NCBI GenBank assembly: GCA_013265495.1
Contig: MU058636.1
Location: 3,025,967-3,089,966, forward strand
DNA length: 64,000 nucleotides
DNA from: Vicugna vicugna
Taxonomy: Eukaryota
Direction of reading: 5' to 3'
The notes beneath the pieces were generated by a model that did no database searches, was not told where the DNA came from, and saw only the letters and a program-made list of their open reading frames with translations. Of the stretch, positions 36,768-49,046 are shown one piece after another. Position 1 is the stretch's first letter. Each line of letters opens with the position of its first letter. The translations under genes were made by a program, and so were the position numbers.

Positions 36768-39599
36768 AACAAAAAATTAAAAAAAAAATACTGATGGCTC
36801 CTCAGTGCCTAGTGAAGTAAATACATGCTCCCCAGTCTGGCATCCACGTTCCTCTACAATAACATCTCAGACCAACAGACCTCTCCAGGCCATTGGAGTT
36901 GCGTGTCTCTCTTTTCCTACTTGTGCTGCCGTTGCTAAATGCATTTCTTCTGATTTCATGATCCTCCCCCCTCTTAATCTTAGTTTTCCCACATTAGTTT
37001 CTATTTTGATTTAATGACTTATTTTCTAAAATAACCACCAGCAACAAGTTTTTTATGGTGAGGACATTCCAAAAGTAAGCCCATGGCTCTCAACTTTTTG
37101 ATTTTTAGATCACCAGCTTCCAAAGGCCCATAATCATGCAAATACATGTTCTATATAAACATAAAACCCATCAAATCCTGCTTGGAAGAAAACCCTAAAA
37201 TATTAAAGGGGAACTTTATTACCATCAAAAAGCATTTTTGATGATGTCTTTCTGCACACCTTTCATTTTCTTCTCATATTCTCCTATCTGTGACTTTGTC
37301 TATATGACATCAAACACATGAATGAAAGTGAAAAATTCAAAGAAGTTTTTCATGTTATGCAGATAAAACATCTGGAAGACTTAATTTCTTCTTTTCCGCC
37401 GCATGGTTGGTCTTGTAGAGACTTAGTCTGTGTCCCTGACCAAGATGGTAAGTGCTTCCTTGTCTCAGTCCATCCTTCACTTTCACATGAATTTTTAAAA
37501 ACCTTTAATTTTTGAGAAGCTCTTTCCCACTTTCAAAAGACAAAGGCTTCACCAAATCTTTGAGGATACCCACAGAAAGGGATGCAATATTCCTTGTTAA
37601 CCTGCCTCTTCCCAGTCTTGCTTTAATAATATGGGAAATCATGAATAGAAGAAAAGGATGTTTGGATCAGAACAGGAAGTGTCTGACTTCACTAAGCCCC
37701 ATGAAGACGGAAGCCATTGTCAACATCAGTCCTGGACCCTCTGCTGAATGTGGTTTACGAGTAGCCTCCACAGGCATCATTGTTCATTGACCGCTGGGAG
37801 GGCCTGATACTGCCTGTGACCATGGCCTTGTATCTGGCTGATGCCATCTTGCTCACATGGACTCTGAGCCATACTGTTCTCATTAGTAGCCACCACTTGG
37901 TTTCCCAACTGATTGGACCTGTGTTGCCCCACTTCAAGTTCACTGTCAACACTCTATGTGAGATTGAGTCACAGTTTAACAGCTTCCCTTCTTTTGGCAA
38001 AGAAAACATTTTTCTAAGATCTACAGTTACCACTGATGCCAAGTTTGTTTAACCTCGTTGTTACTCTTCTCTCATCCTCAGTCCCAACACGTGCCACAAA
38101 TATACCAAGAAGCTCAACTAAGTAACTGAAAACCTAAGTGTACCAAAGAAAGTACCTTGAAAGCCAAAAACATTTACACTCTCAGGGGACAGCCTTCTGG
38201 ATTATATTTTTTTAAATATTTCAACTATATCAGCCTAGTTTTAAGAATGGCAGACACCATGAAATTCTATTGCCAACATTTTGATTGCTAAGTCTTTACT
38301 GACTGGATTTTAAAGAGAAAATAAAAAACTTATTTTTTGTTTGTTTTACCTAAGTTAATTCATGTTTTCTTTGCTCTGCTTAGTTTAATTGCCATTACCA
38401 GAAATAGATCACTGGTTTTGTCTTCAGAAAACTGTTGGAAGTTCCCATGATAACACACTGTGTATATGAAAGGGTTGGCATTTTATATAATTACATAATA
38501 ATAATATATTCTATATTATCTAGGGAAGAGCACTGATATATTTAAATATTTATAAATGATATTAGAAATTAAATATTAAAAATAAAATTATATTGAATTC
38601 ATATATTTAATTATGAATAAACATATTAAAATATATCAATATTTAAATGCATATTATTTAAAGCATCCTCTATAGTGTGGTGAATGAAACATTGGTCACC
38701 AAGCCTCTGGAACAAGATTTATTGGTTAAGAGGGAGTAATGTTCGCATTTACTCCAAGCTTTGTTAATCGTCGGTTCCATGATCAGATTTGCTGGGTGTG
38801 AACATTGCAGGACTCCTGCAGTCAGTGAGATTTTGCAAAAGAGGTATTTGCCATCCTTCAACATGTTTCAGGGATGGTCAGACTTGACCACAACCTGGAC
38901 CGCCATGTTGCTGGGGCAGATTTAACGTGTTTCCTGGTTAATAATCTACCTCATACATTGAACAAAACTGGAAAATCTTGTCACCTGGTTGCCAGATGCT
39001 CTAGAGAAAACTGGGATGAAAATCCTCAAGTTCAGTATAACACTTTTATACTCTGAGTTTCATTATTTTACAAAGCTTTTTCAGATAGGGATCAAGCAGA
39101 TAGATATATATTTTCTAACTCCCTTTTCAAAAATTGATTAAAATACAACCTCTTTCAACTTAAGGGACTAGAATACCACTCAAGATGCCATCTCTTGGAG
39201 CCCCACGACACTCAGCAGGAGTGAAGTGATTCTAAACATAGCTCTTTAATATTACAGATTCTGGGGGGCTGATCTCAAAGGTAAGGTAAGAAGTAAGAGA
39301 CTGAGGAGTGACCTGGGGGTAAACTTTATGTGTCTAACCATTTGTACTCTTATCAAGAAGCTGAACTGCGTCGGAGGTTTACTGTTTGAACTGAGGACCG
39401 CGCTCAGGACGGGCACACATGGGTCACACTTCAGGGCTAATGACAGGCTAGCTGCCTTCATGCTTGAACTCTTAGTGAGGTGAATGAACTTTCTCTGTTC
39501 TTTATCAGGCTAGCATGAGCTTTCTGGTGTCTAATAATTAAGGACCACGATGATACAGCGGATGCCCCTCAACTGGTTGCCCCCAGGTGAGGCTAAACA

Positions 39600-39820
39600 A
39601 CGTGATGGAATGGCTCAGAGCATATGCTTGGAGGCCCTGGACTTGAATGCTGGTCCTGCCACTTATGAGTGGTTTGATGTTGGAAAGATCTCTCCATCTC
39701 TCTTATTTCTCGTCTGCGAAAGGGGGACAATCACATGTTCTTTCCAGGGTGTTGGAAGAATGAAATAAGATAATATACATGAGTCCATCTAGCACCTAGT
39801 AGGTCTTAATAAGCATTGAC
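39600..39820 (+). mobile_element. MIR SINE
   Basis: cctggacttgaatgctggtcctgccacttatgag...tttctcgtctgcgaaagggggacaat...gttggaagaatgaaataagataat...tagtagg. Confidence 0.75.
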
Positions 39821-40444
39821 TGAATCTGAATCTGGACTCAAAGTCGCCAAACACTGGACTGATATCACTGTTACCAGAACTGGACCAGAGGAGCGTGCCT
39901 GCATCCTGGAAGACGCAGGCAGTCTCTTGGTTCTTCATTTACTTTGGAAATTCCAGTGAATGACGGAAGGTTTGAGGCATCAGGTTTCAGGGAGACACAA
40001 TTTGGTTTGGAAGTCTCTGGGAAACCTTGGAAGAGAAACTTGCTCCCTCTTCCAGGATGCCCTTCAGAGTGGACTGGGAAATTCTCACCTTTCCAGAGAC
40101 CCTTCCACATGAACAGGACTCCTGGACCTCTTTGTAGTGAACTAGAATCCCTTAGGATGTTCTGGGACAAGAATCAGCTTCCAGGGGCCAAGAAATCTTC
40201 TTTGGTCTGAAATTGCTGGAGTAAAGTGCCTTAAATCATCCTGAGCCAGACAAGATCATCTCTTGTTACCCAAACATCAAGGAGCTGGTTCTTATTCTTT
40301 AATGAGTCACCACTTCCATAGTCCAAAGGCGCCCTTGGGATCTGAGAGGGCAGGGTTGGAAGCAGAGGGTCTGGGGTAGAGCCGGTTACTACTTTGGCAG
40401 GAGGGTCCTCACTTAATAGATTAGAAGGGGGCGTGAACTTCACA

Positions 40445-40625
40445 GTTACACAGCTGTGGTTCTTGTCTTAGCTGCGCAACTTGGCCAAGGTCTTCAACAT
40501 GAATAAGCCTCAAGTCTCTCATCTGTATAGTGGGTAGAAGGCTGTCTACCTCACAGGGTTATTGTGAGGAAGAAATGAGATCACAAGGAGTAAAGAATCT
40601 ACACATAGCAGGCGTTCAACACATC
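40445..40625 (+). mobile_element. MIR SINE
   Basis: ttagctgcgcaacttggccaag...agcctcaagtctctcatctgtatagtggg...tacctcacagggttattgtgagga. Confidence 0.75.
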
Positions 40626-41589
40626 TCAGTTCTCCTCACCGACCCCCTAACTAGCTCCCTTGTTTTTCCTCGGTGGTCGCAGGCACGTGCCCAAACCCCT
40701 CTCCCAGTCACTGCTCGCTCCTTCTCCCAAGGCTCCATGACTACACATCTTGCATCTCCCACACCTGTTTCTACACCCCTGCTTCCTTTCTCCTTGGTCC
40801 TTGAGATGCTCCTGTGCCAGTTCCTTTGTCTTCCTGGCACTTCCCATCCCTGTGTTTTCTCGGGCAACCACTTTGTGGCATTTCTGCTCTGACTTCCTGC
40901 ATGTGGTCATGCCCCTCTGGTAGTGCTGGGTTATCCGGTCGTGGTGGTCCTCCGCAGGAACATGGGCAGTGCCAGGCAGAACATCAGCTGGGAGGCGAGT
41001 GTGGTGTGGACCCCCTGCCCTTCTGGCCGGATGGGGAGGACAGCGCTTCCTGCCACTAGCCTTGTCTGTGTCTGCAGGTGTTTGGATGCATGAACTCGCC
41101 GTCTGCATGTAAGTGGCTTTCTCCTGGCAACAGGGAGAGGAGAAAGTAAAATAAAGTGCCAGCTCGTGACTACAGAGCACCTTTCCTATCACTGCATTTA
41201 CCTCCTTGACTCTCACCATGTCGAACGGGGACCATGCAAACAGATAAAGGCGAGGGGTGCAGAACCATTACAATAAAGAGAAACAGGTGTGTGCGCAGGC
41301 AAGTTGTGAGTTGATTTGATCCCATATACATTTATATCAGCTCTTCCACTCAAAGGTAGAATAATGTCAGAATGCGGGAGCAACAGGAGCCAGGGAGCAA
41401 GTGTGAAGAAATCCAGGCTGGGATAAGAAAACACCCTCTAATTCTCTGACCCTTCCTTTCCACGAGGGAACCATGTGCTTGAGGGGGTGACCAGGTATCT
41501 CTCTCCACACTGTTCTTCAAACCGCAGGTCCTGACCCATCAGAGAATCTTGAGGTCAATTTCAGGGCTGAGAACCGGCATTCTTTAACA

Positions 41590-42280
41590 CTTTCTAATTG
41601 AAGCAGAATGTATACAACAAAGTACGTAAATCTTAAATATCTAGCTCAGCAATTTAAAAATAAATGTATAAATCCAAGACCTGAATCAACATATAGAACA
41701 TTTCCAGCAACCCAGGAGCTTCCCTCCTGTGACTTCCTAGTAAATACCCACTTCCTTAGAGACAACCACTATTTTTTTTTTGTTTTTTTTTGGGGGGGGG
41801 TAATTAATTTTATTTATTTATTTATTTTTAGTGGTGGTACACCAGGATTGAACCCAGGACCCTGTGCATGCTAAACATGTGCTCTACCACTGAGCTATAC
41901 CCTTGCTGCTGAGACAACCACTGTTTTGACTTCTCTCACCATTGGGTAGTCTTGCCTATTCTTAGTCATCATGTCAGTAGAATCATACAATTATACTCTT
42001 ATCTGGCTTCTGTCATCCAAATGTTATGTCCACAAGGCAGTGGTTCATTTTTTTAATAGCTGTGTAGTAGTTTATTGTATGAATATACTGTGCTTTAAGA
42101 AATTAATTCTACAGTTTATGAACATTTGGTTTCTTTCCAGTTTTGTGCTGTGATTTTGCCAGTCCTTTGGTGGACACACTCACTCATTTTCCCTTGGATA
42201 TATTCCTAGGACTAGAATTGCTGGGTGGAAGGACTGGGTGTGTGTGTTTATTTTCAGTAAGTACTACCAGTTTTCCAAAG
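41590..42280 (-). mobile_element. L1M(C/E)-like 3' fragment, interrupted by a SINE
   Basis: tttctaattgaag...atatagaacatttccagcaacccagga...agacaaccactgttttgacttct...gaatcatacaa...catttggtttctttccagtttt...ctaggactagaattgctggg...ttttccaaag. Confidence 0.8.
41771..41910 (-). mobile_element. Camelid Vic-1-like tRNA-derived SINE, 12-bp TSD
   Basis: Minus strand gggtatagctcagtggtagagc (A box)...cctgggttcaatcc (B box)...(TAAA)n...cccccccc(A)n. TSD gagacaaccact at 41759-41770 and 41911-41922. Confidence 0.9.
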
Positions 42281-42500
42281 CTGAACTCTCCAGTATGGTA
42301 GCGGCTGGACATAGGCTGTCTGCATGGCTATTTAAACTTACATATAGCCAAATTTAACTTGAAACAAAATTTTAAATTTAGTCCTGCAGTCAAACCAGCA
42401 TATTTCAAGTGCTCAGTAGCCACATGTGGCTTGTGGTCACTGTTCGGACAGCATAGATAGAGAATATTTCCATCATCAGAGAAACTTCTCTGATGTTCCA
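42281..42500. mobile_element. MER3/MER33-like hAT-Charlie relic
   Basis: ctccagtatggtagc...aaatttagtcct...catatttcaagtgctcagtagccacatgtggct...ggacagcatagatagagaatatttccatcatc. Confidence 0.75.
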
Positions 42501-42519
42501 AACTGACTTCCAGCATTTT

Positions 42520-42554
42520 GGGGGGTGGTTGGGGGAAGGTAATTAGATTTATTT

Positions 42555-42591
<37 letters not shown>

Positions 42592-42668
42592 ATGGAGGTA
42601 TGGGGGATTGAACCCAGGACTTTGTGCATACTGAGCACGCACTCTACCACTGAGCTATACCCTCCCCC
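42520..42668 (-). mobile_element. Camelid Vic-1-like tRNA-derived SINE
   Basis: Minus strand ggggagggtatagctcagtggtagagtgcgtgct...gtcctgggttcaatcccc...(TAAA)n. Flanked by cagcatttt / tggcatttt. Confidence 0.9.
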
Positions 42669-44782
42669 AAACCCTGGCATTTTTCAAAAATTGAAATTAG
42701 GTAGAAATAAGGAGAGTACGTTCTATTGAGTAACTATTGTTTCATGAGTCCTTTGCTTCAGCAGTGTTTTTGTGGATGTGTATACATTGTTGTGGTGTAG
42801 AATGTATTTCACATTGTGCGTCACTGCAGAGACTGTAAAGGAACAGGTTCTCATGATTTTTGGCTAGAAATGTGGAGGAAAAGAGAGACTGTTAGGGAGG
42901 ACAATGAATAAGGACTTTTGTGGACCAAGTAGGATTCTTGCCAACCTAATGTCTCTTGGTGTGGCGTACAAGACTGCATAGAGTGTGAATTGATTCTTAT
43001 AAGTATAATTATATATAGCTGTCCTGTAAGTTTACTCTTCTGGATGAGAAGGAGAGACAGGCACTGTGTAACTATAAATGTTCTCAGATTTTCACATTCA
43101 TCCCCGCCCATCATGTCTACTCTCTCTGACACTACTGGCCCTGCGTGGGGCTGGTTCACAGGATGACTTCAGTGACCCCCTCGGTACAGTCAGGATGCTG
43201 TGGACCACCACAGTCACCCAGAAGAGAACTGCTTCTGCCAAGTCAAGGCCAAAGATAGTGAAATGTCAGACTAACTTTGCAGGCTTTCCCACTCCGATCG
43301 TGTGCCATTTGGTCACCTTGCCTTCTGGTGGTAAAGCACACTGCAGATGTACTTTGAAAGCTCATTCACTGCAAACAGTACCCCGAATTATTGTGATTGT
43401 ACAAGATGTTCTCAATAGGAAATTATTGCTGTAATCAGGGAACAGTGACTCTTGTATAGTTTTAACAGTTGAAAGGATTCAACAACCAGAAACAGACAGA
43501 AAACCAAGCAATATTTTCAGTCTTCTAAGGAAAGTCACACAAAACTCTTGTTGGTTCCAGCACACTTGTATAAATAGCATTCAGTTCTAATCTGGTCCCC
43601 GAGAGCCCGTCTCAGGCGATTGCCTGGTGTGGGTCCAGTAGGTGCCAGTGGTCTTGGGAAAGCCCTCCAACTTGGGTCACCCTTGGTCCTAAGGCCCCTG
43701 GGGTGATGATTTGATTCCAGAAGCAGGTTGCTCCATGTGAGTCAAAGTTTCCTGGAGATGCCAGATTACACTGAGGACACAGCCACACTGAACAGACTTC
43801 AAAGATTTGGTATAAAGATCTTTCCTCATCCACTGACATTTTTCCTCTCTTTGAGAATATCAGTAGCTGAGCCCTTCTTTGATAGATGTGTTCTTGAAAA
43901 GTCAAGTACATTAAATTTTAATACACTGAATCCTAGTTCCCCGGGATAATAATACTCTTAGCATTGGTTTTATAAATGCTCATACCTGACTGCTCTTCAA
44001 TAAGTAATGTCTGCCAACAGTTAAGTTTCTCATCCTGCCTCACCGTTCGTCACAGGCAGGGCTGCAAACCACCCCTTGCAAGTAGTAGATGTATATGGGG
44101 TGGTCGTGGGACAGTTCCGTTTAAAAGCAACCGGCAATCATTCTGTAAAATCGAGAACCTTATCATTTATAATTTTATGAGTTCAGATTTCCAAAGTTAG
44201 GTTGCCTTAAAATGAGGCATGTCTGTATCACTAATTCCAATCTGATCTGCTGTGGTGTTCCACGGTCCGCCCACCACACAGAACTGGTGAACACCACTGC
44301 ATTTTATCAAGCCCATCATCTTAATACTTAACATTCTATGGCCATCATTGACTCAGCATCTGATCTAAATTCGAGGTCTGAGCCTACATGTTAAGTGCCC
44401 TGGCACCCAGGATACACCAAAGGCAGGAAGTATGTTGCAGCAGATTCTTTGTTGCCTCTCTCGAGGCCAGGCCAGGTGTCCCTCACACATCACAGCCTTC
44501 CTTGCTCCTGGGCGCCCATATGACCTCAGAAACACAGAAACACAGGCACCCACTAACAAATATTCAGAATTAGTGAGATGAACTTATTTGCCCACTCTGG
44601 AATCTATCATTTATGGGTGAACTCCCCTGTGATTAATCTAAGACTGATAAGAAATCTCAGTGATGCAGTCATTAGTTTGCACTGCTTTGTCTGAGCCCTG
44701 GCCAGAGCACATTTATAGAATCATGTGTTCTTCAGCCGAATGAATGGTCTCAGTTTTCTCCCTTCACTGTTGGCCTAGCAGG

Positions 44783-45000
44783 GAGGCACCATAGTGTGAG
44801 AGAGTCAGACACAGCTGAATTCAGGTCCCAGTTCTGCGGCTTACTTGCTGGACAACTCTGAACAAATCACTTAACCTCTCTGAGCTTCAGTTTCCACCAT
44901 TGCCAAATGGGATAATAAAATCGACCTCAGAGAGTCATTGTGAGGTTACATCAGCATAAGGCTTACACTTTGCGGGCACTCAATACACAGTAACAGTTAA
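44783..45000 (+). mobile_element. MIR SINE (near full length)
   Basis: gagtcagac...ttcaggtcccagttctg...acaaatcacttaacctctctgagcttcagtttcc...aaatgggataataa. Confidence 0.8.
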
Positions 45001-46075
45001 ATTACTTTCAACTGCTGTGACTAGTTGTAGGCATTAGATTCTCCTGTGATGGAATTTAAATGAAGCCGTGCACTAGCCATTGGAAACATAACCTCAGCCC
45101 TCTATTTGAGAACTACAAGGAGGATGTCCAGCACTGAGGTAATTAAAAGCAATCTCAGTTGGATTGTTTTTGCACTTTCTATACAAAACATGGCTATCCA
45201 GGTGGGATCCAAAATCAAGCCCTTAGGAGGCAATGAAGTAAGCAGAGAGCTGTCCCTGCAAAGCTATGTTAACCTCTCAACGACGCCCCTTGCACAGGCC
45301 TCTCCTGAGAAGCACATAACCCTTGAGACACTGCAGATTTGACAACAGAACAAGTCCTTTTGATCCAGGAGAACCTGGAGGTGGCTCATGTCAGAGGCAG
45401 ACCCGATCACACACGGCTGTGCCCAGGCCTGTTCAGTTTGAAAGAGGGATGGTTTGTAGAATTGCGACTTTCTCAGCGAAGGATGGTGCTGCGAGGAAGA
45501 AAGAGGGGAAGACAATGAAAGAAACAAGTTGATTTCCTCGGAAGTAGGAAGTGTTGGTTCTAAGCGAGTCGTGTGGCTCAAGCTACCTATGGGATGACAC
45601 TCTGACAGCCATTTAGAGCTCCCAGAATTTCTGTCGGCAAATGTACACTGGCCCATGAGGTGAGGACTGGACCATCTCACAAAAGCACAAAGACATCCTG
45701 ATCAGAGAAGATCAGCAAGAGCCAGCAGAGAGATTTTTAATTGGGTCCCTTTCAGTTGACTTCATTCTAGAAGCCAATGGAAACAAATACTTCAAATCGC
45801 TACCACGTCGGACTGAGAAGCATATTGTCTGACATCCTAAGAGAGCCATACTCCTGACTCTCCACAGAAATAAACACTGTGGCTGCCACAGAACTGGGCA
45901 TTTGATGCAAGAAAATAGCTCCTGGAAGGCCCTGCGTGTGAGGTAGGGGGCTACCTCCCACCCTGGGCTCCCCTAGAACAGTGAGCTCCTTCCACACACT
46001 GCTCTTGTCTCCTTTATTTGAAATTCTGGTCAGTAATTCCTACCCCTTTCACTGTAACACACCCGTATACCAACC

Positions 46076-46262
46076 CAGTGGTCCTCAAACTGTAGCAGAC
46101 TTGCGAATCAGGTAGAGGGCTTGTGAAAACACAGAATGCTGGGCTCTGCCCCCAGAGATTGCAGTTCAGTAGTTCTGGGGTTGAATCTGAGAATTTGCTT
46201 TTGTCAAGATCTCGGGTAACCTTGTTGCTGCTGGTTCTGGGCCCATACCCTGAGAAACACTG
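46076..46262. mobile_element. MER5A hAT-Charlie MITE, full length (187 bp)
   Basis: Imperfect TIRs CAGTGGTCCTCAAA ... CTGAGAAACACTG; internal ttgtgaaaacacaga..gctgggc...ttcagtag..ctgggg...gagaatttgc. Confidence 0.88.
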
Positions 46263-46409
46263 CTCTGAGGACTAGCACACACAACTGGTGTTAATGATGG
46301 CTTGTGTGAATGAGTGAGTGAGTCAGTGATGATGAATGGATGAATGGGTCCAAATCCCCTCTAGCCGCCTCTTTAATACCCTCAGGACTCATGTTTTTGT
46401 CCTATGGGA

Positions 46410-47341
46410 ATATCCTCGCCAAAACCCTAACCCTACAGTCAAGGAAGGCTAATTTTTTTCTATTTGTAGACAGTCTTTTTCATCCTAACAGGCCAAATAC
46501 CCTGTGATAAGTAGTTTAGTCTCTCTTGCTAATTCCAGGGCACACGAAGTTCTCAACTGTGAAGGTGCCAGAAGTTCTCTGGATTCAAAGTGTGTCTATC
46601 CAGATGGACAGACTGGGGAGCCAGACTCTTCATTGCTCTCTCTGCTCTAAAAACTCCCAGCCTTTCCTCTGAACACATGAAAGCAGGCTGGGATGAAAGG
46701 CAGAATGAGCTCGATGCTACAACAATGGTGCCCACTTGGACGCCATGACACTTGAGCACGGAGGAGGCTGGTCTTGGGCCATTGGCCAGCTGAGCCTCCA
46801 CCTGGAAGCCTGCTGCTGCTCGCCTGCCTTTTGGCCTTGGTGCAAGCATTTTTCACCCAAATTGGGCCACTCCTCACCCTCAGTAACAGGGAGACAGCAG
46901 GTTCTGTCAACCATGCTTGTTTCTCAGCTGTCTGCAGACACATTCCCTGGCACCAAGTCTTTTGCTCTTTGGTCATTGTAACAATTAATTATATTACATT
47001 TTACCATTGTAATAGAATGACATATGTCTACAGAAGAGTAGGAAAAAAAGGGATAAAGCACTTCCCACCACCCTAGAAACAACCCTGCTGACACGGACAT
47101 TCTATTTATTTCTTTTCAGTTCAGCTCCTATGGTCAGGGTTGTTTGTTTTTAATATATATGTGATGAGTCCGTATCTATATCTTCTGCAAAAACACACTT
47201 TCTACAGAAAAGGAAGGCTTTTTGTTTTTAAAGACTGTGTTTTTTATTCTGCCTGGCCAGCTGACCTGCAACTGGTAGTTTAGTCTCTTATGTTGATTTA
47301 GGGCATAAAGTTCTCATCTGTGAAGGTGCCAGAAATTCTCT
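46410..47341 (+). repeat. Diverged dispersed direct repeat, ~170 bp (copy 1 46410-46580, copy 2 47178-47341)
   Basis: Collinear shared blocks atatc, ctacag, aaggaaggct, gtagtttagtctct, agggca, aagttctca, ctgtgaaggtgccagaa.ttctct. Confidence 0.85.
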
Positions 47342-48918
47342 CTTTCTAGCTTAAAAACTGATTTTATAAGGTAGAATTATAATTTTCCCACTTTAAAAAG
47401 CTGATTTTAAAAAATATGATTACTTAGAGTCATAAGCTGCCTTTGTATTCTATTTTTTTTCATTTAAAGGAACATGATATATATATATTTCCCAGTGATA
47501 ATGTAAACTCTTGAAGAATTACTTTAAAAGTCTCCTTTTGACGGTCTTTACTTAGATCAGTGATAACCAGAAAACATGAAACTCAACTTAAAACCAAACA
47601 CCAAACAGTGGTCGGACAGGGAGTGTGAAAGGCAGCATGGAATTCTGTTTAGTGAACAACTCCAAGGCTGCTCCAATGAGCCCACGAGCAGTGGTATCAT
47701 GACTGTGAGAATCAGACTAATCAATTAAAAATTAACCCTTAAGCCTGATCAGTAAGTCTAACAATCAACTTTGAGGCTCAATTTATCAAGTTTAATGAGT
47801 CTTCATGTACGCAAATCATCAGATGTCTACTTCCTTTTGGGTAGCATAAACCAAGGTGAGGGGATGTGTTCCCTGGTTCAGGTAGAAATGTGTGATTTCC
47901 AGTGGGTCTGAATCTAAGTCTTAACTCTCCCACACAGGGGATATCACTCCTCAAGTTGCCTTCAGGAAGCACGGTACCTCATCAGCACTGTCAGAGGGCA
48001 ATTTCTTTGTCCATTGAGGGCTGGTAAGCAGACATTTCTGATGGCACAGGGTACCAGCTGGGCACTGGATAGAACTCTCAGAGGATGTGGTAACACCACA
48101 GCAGAGCTGCTAACTATGATGATAAAAATGTAAACAGGGGTCACCTTTGGGTGGAAAAATATGAATTATTGAATTCACTTCTGAATACAAAAATAAAAAA
48201 TAAAAAACCCCACAGATTTTCAAAACAATGAAATACAACTTAGTGAATGAATACATATATGCACACATGTGCGTACTTCAGCTTTTTAAGAACATAGAAT
48301 GAATGTGTATCCCCCAAACCATCTTGAGGACATAGTCCTATCAAAATCAAGGTGCTGTCATCGAGACCAAAAAATGTTCCCTCGGCGGGTGAAGGATGTG
48401 ATGACGCTCGTCGCCGTCCTGCGGCCCGGGCGTGCGGCGGCCCCTCCGTCAGTTCGCCGGGGCTCCGTGACGAGCCACCGCAGGCGGGCGGCTTCACTAG
48501 CGGAAGTCTGTGCTCTCACAGGCCTGGAGGCCGGGGGTCAGAAACCAGCGCGTTCCTTCTGGGACCACACAGCGTTCCCGTCCTCAGGGACGGCAGGGCT
48601 GGTTGCTTCTGGAGGTTCCGAGGGACACTCCATCCCAGGCCTCTCTCCTGGCTTCTGGCAGGTGCTGGTAGTTTTTGGTGTTCCCCAGCTTGCGGCCACA
48701 TCACTCCAGTCCGCCGCCTCCGCCCCTGTTGTCACGTGGCCTTCTCTTGCTGTCTGTGTCTAAATTCCCCTTTTTAATAAGGACACCAGTCATCAGATTA
48801 GGGCCCACTAATCTACTTCTCCAATTTATTTGCTCTATTATTTGTTGGCAGAGTTTAGTGATCCACTATGACCTTGTCTTAACGTGATTATATCTACAAA
48901 AATCCTAGGTCCGAATAA

Positions 48919-49034
48919 CTAGGGTAGTGCTCAAGTGGTACAGTGTGTGCTTAGCATACACGAGGTCCTGGGTTCAGTCCCCAGTACCTCCGTTAAAAAT
49001 TAAATAAACCTAATTACTCCCCCCCCAATAAAAA
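48919..49034 (+). mobile_element. Camelid Vic-1-like tRNA-derived SINE inside MLT1
   Basis: agggtagtgctcaagtggta (A box)...gaggtcctgggttcagtcccc (B box)...taaataaacctaattactcccccccc aataaaaa. TSD-like ccgaataa (48911-48918) / ccaaataa (49035-49042). Confidence 0.88.
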
Positions 49035-49046
49035 CCAAATAAGGTC

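Larger units (their letters stand above)
41508..42850. mobile_element. MER112-like hAT-Charlie element split into 41508-41585 and ~42672-42850 by nested insertions
   Basis: Left half ttcttcaaaccgcaggtcctgacccatcag...gtcaatttcagg...accggcatt; right half ggcatttttcaaaaattgaaattag...tattgtttcatga...tagaatgtatttcacattgtgcgtcac. Both fit one remembered consensus. Confidence 0.55.

Noticed and set aside
37223..37243. 9-bp hairpin CATCAAAAA-GCA-TTTTTGATG
   Set aside because: Isolated, low-complexity and AT-rich; expected by chance.
40647..41219. 190-aa minus-strand ORF
   Set aside because: No recognisable homology or exon structure; composition typical of chance ORFs.
42600..42668. tRNA-like sequence with A and B boxes (also ~41845-41903 and 48921-48985)
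   Set aside because: These are SINE heads with AT-rich tails and TSDs; no complete acceptor stem, so not tRNA genes.
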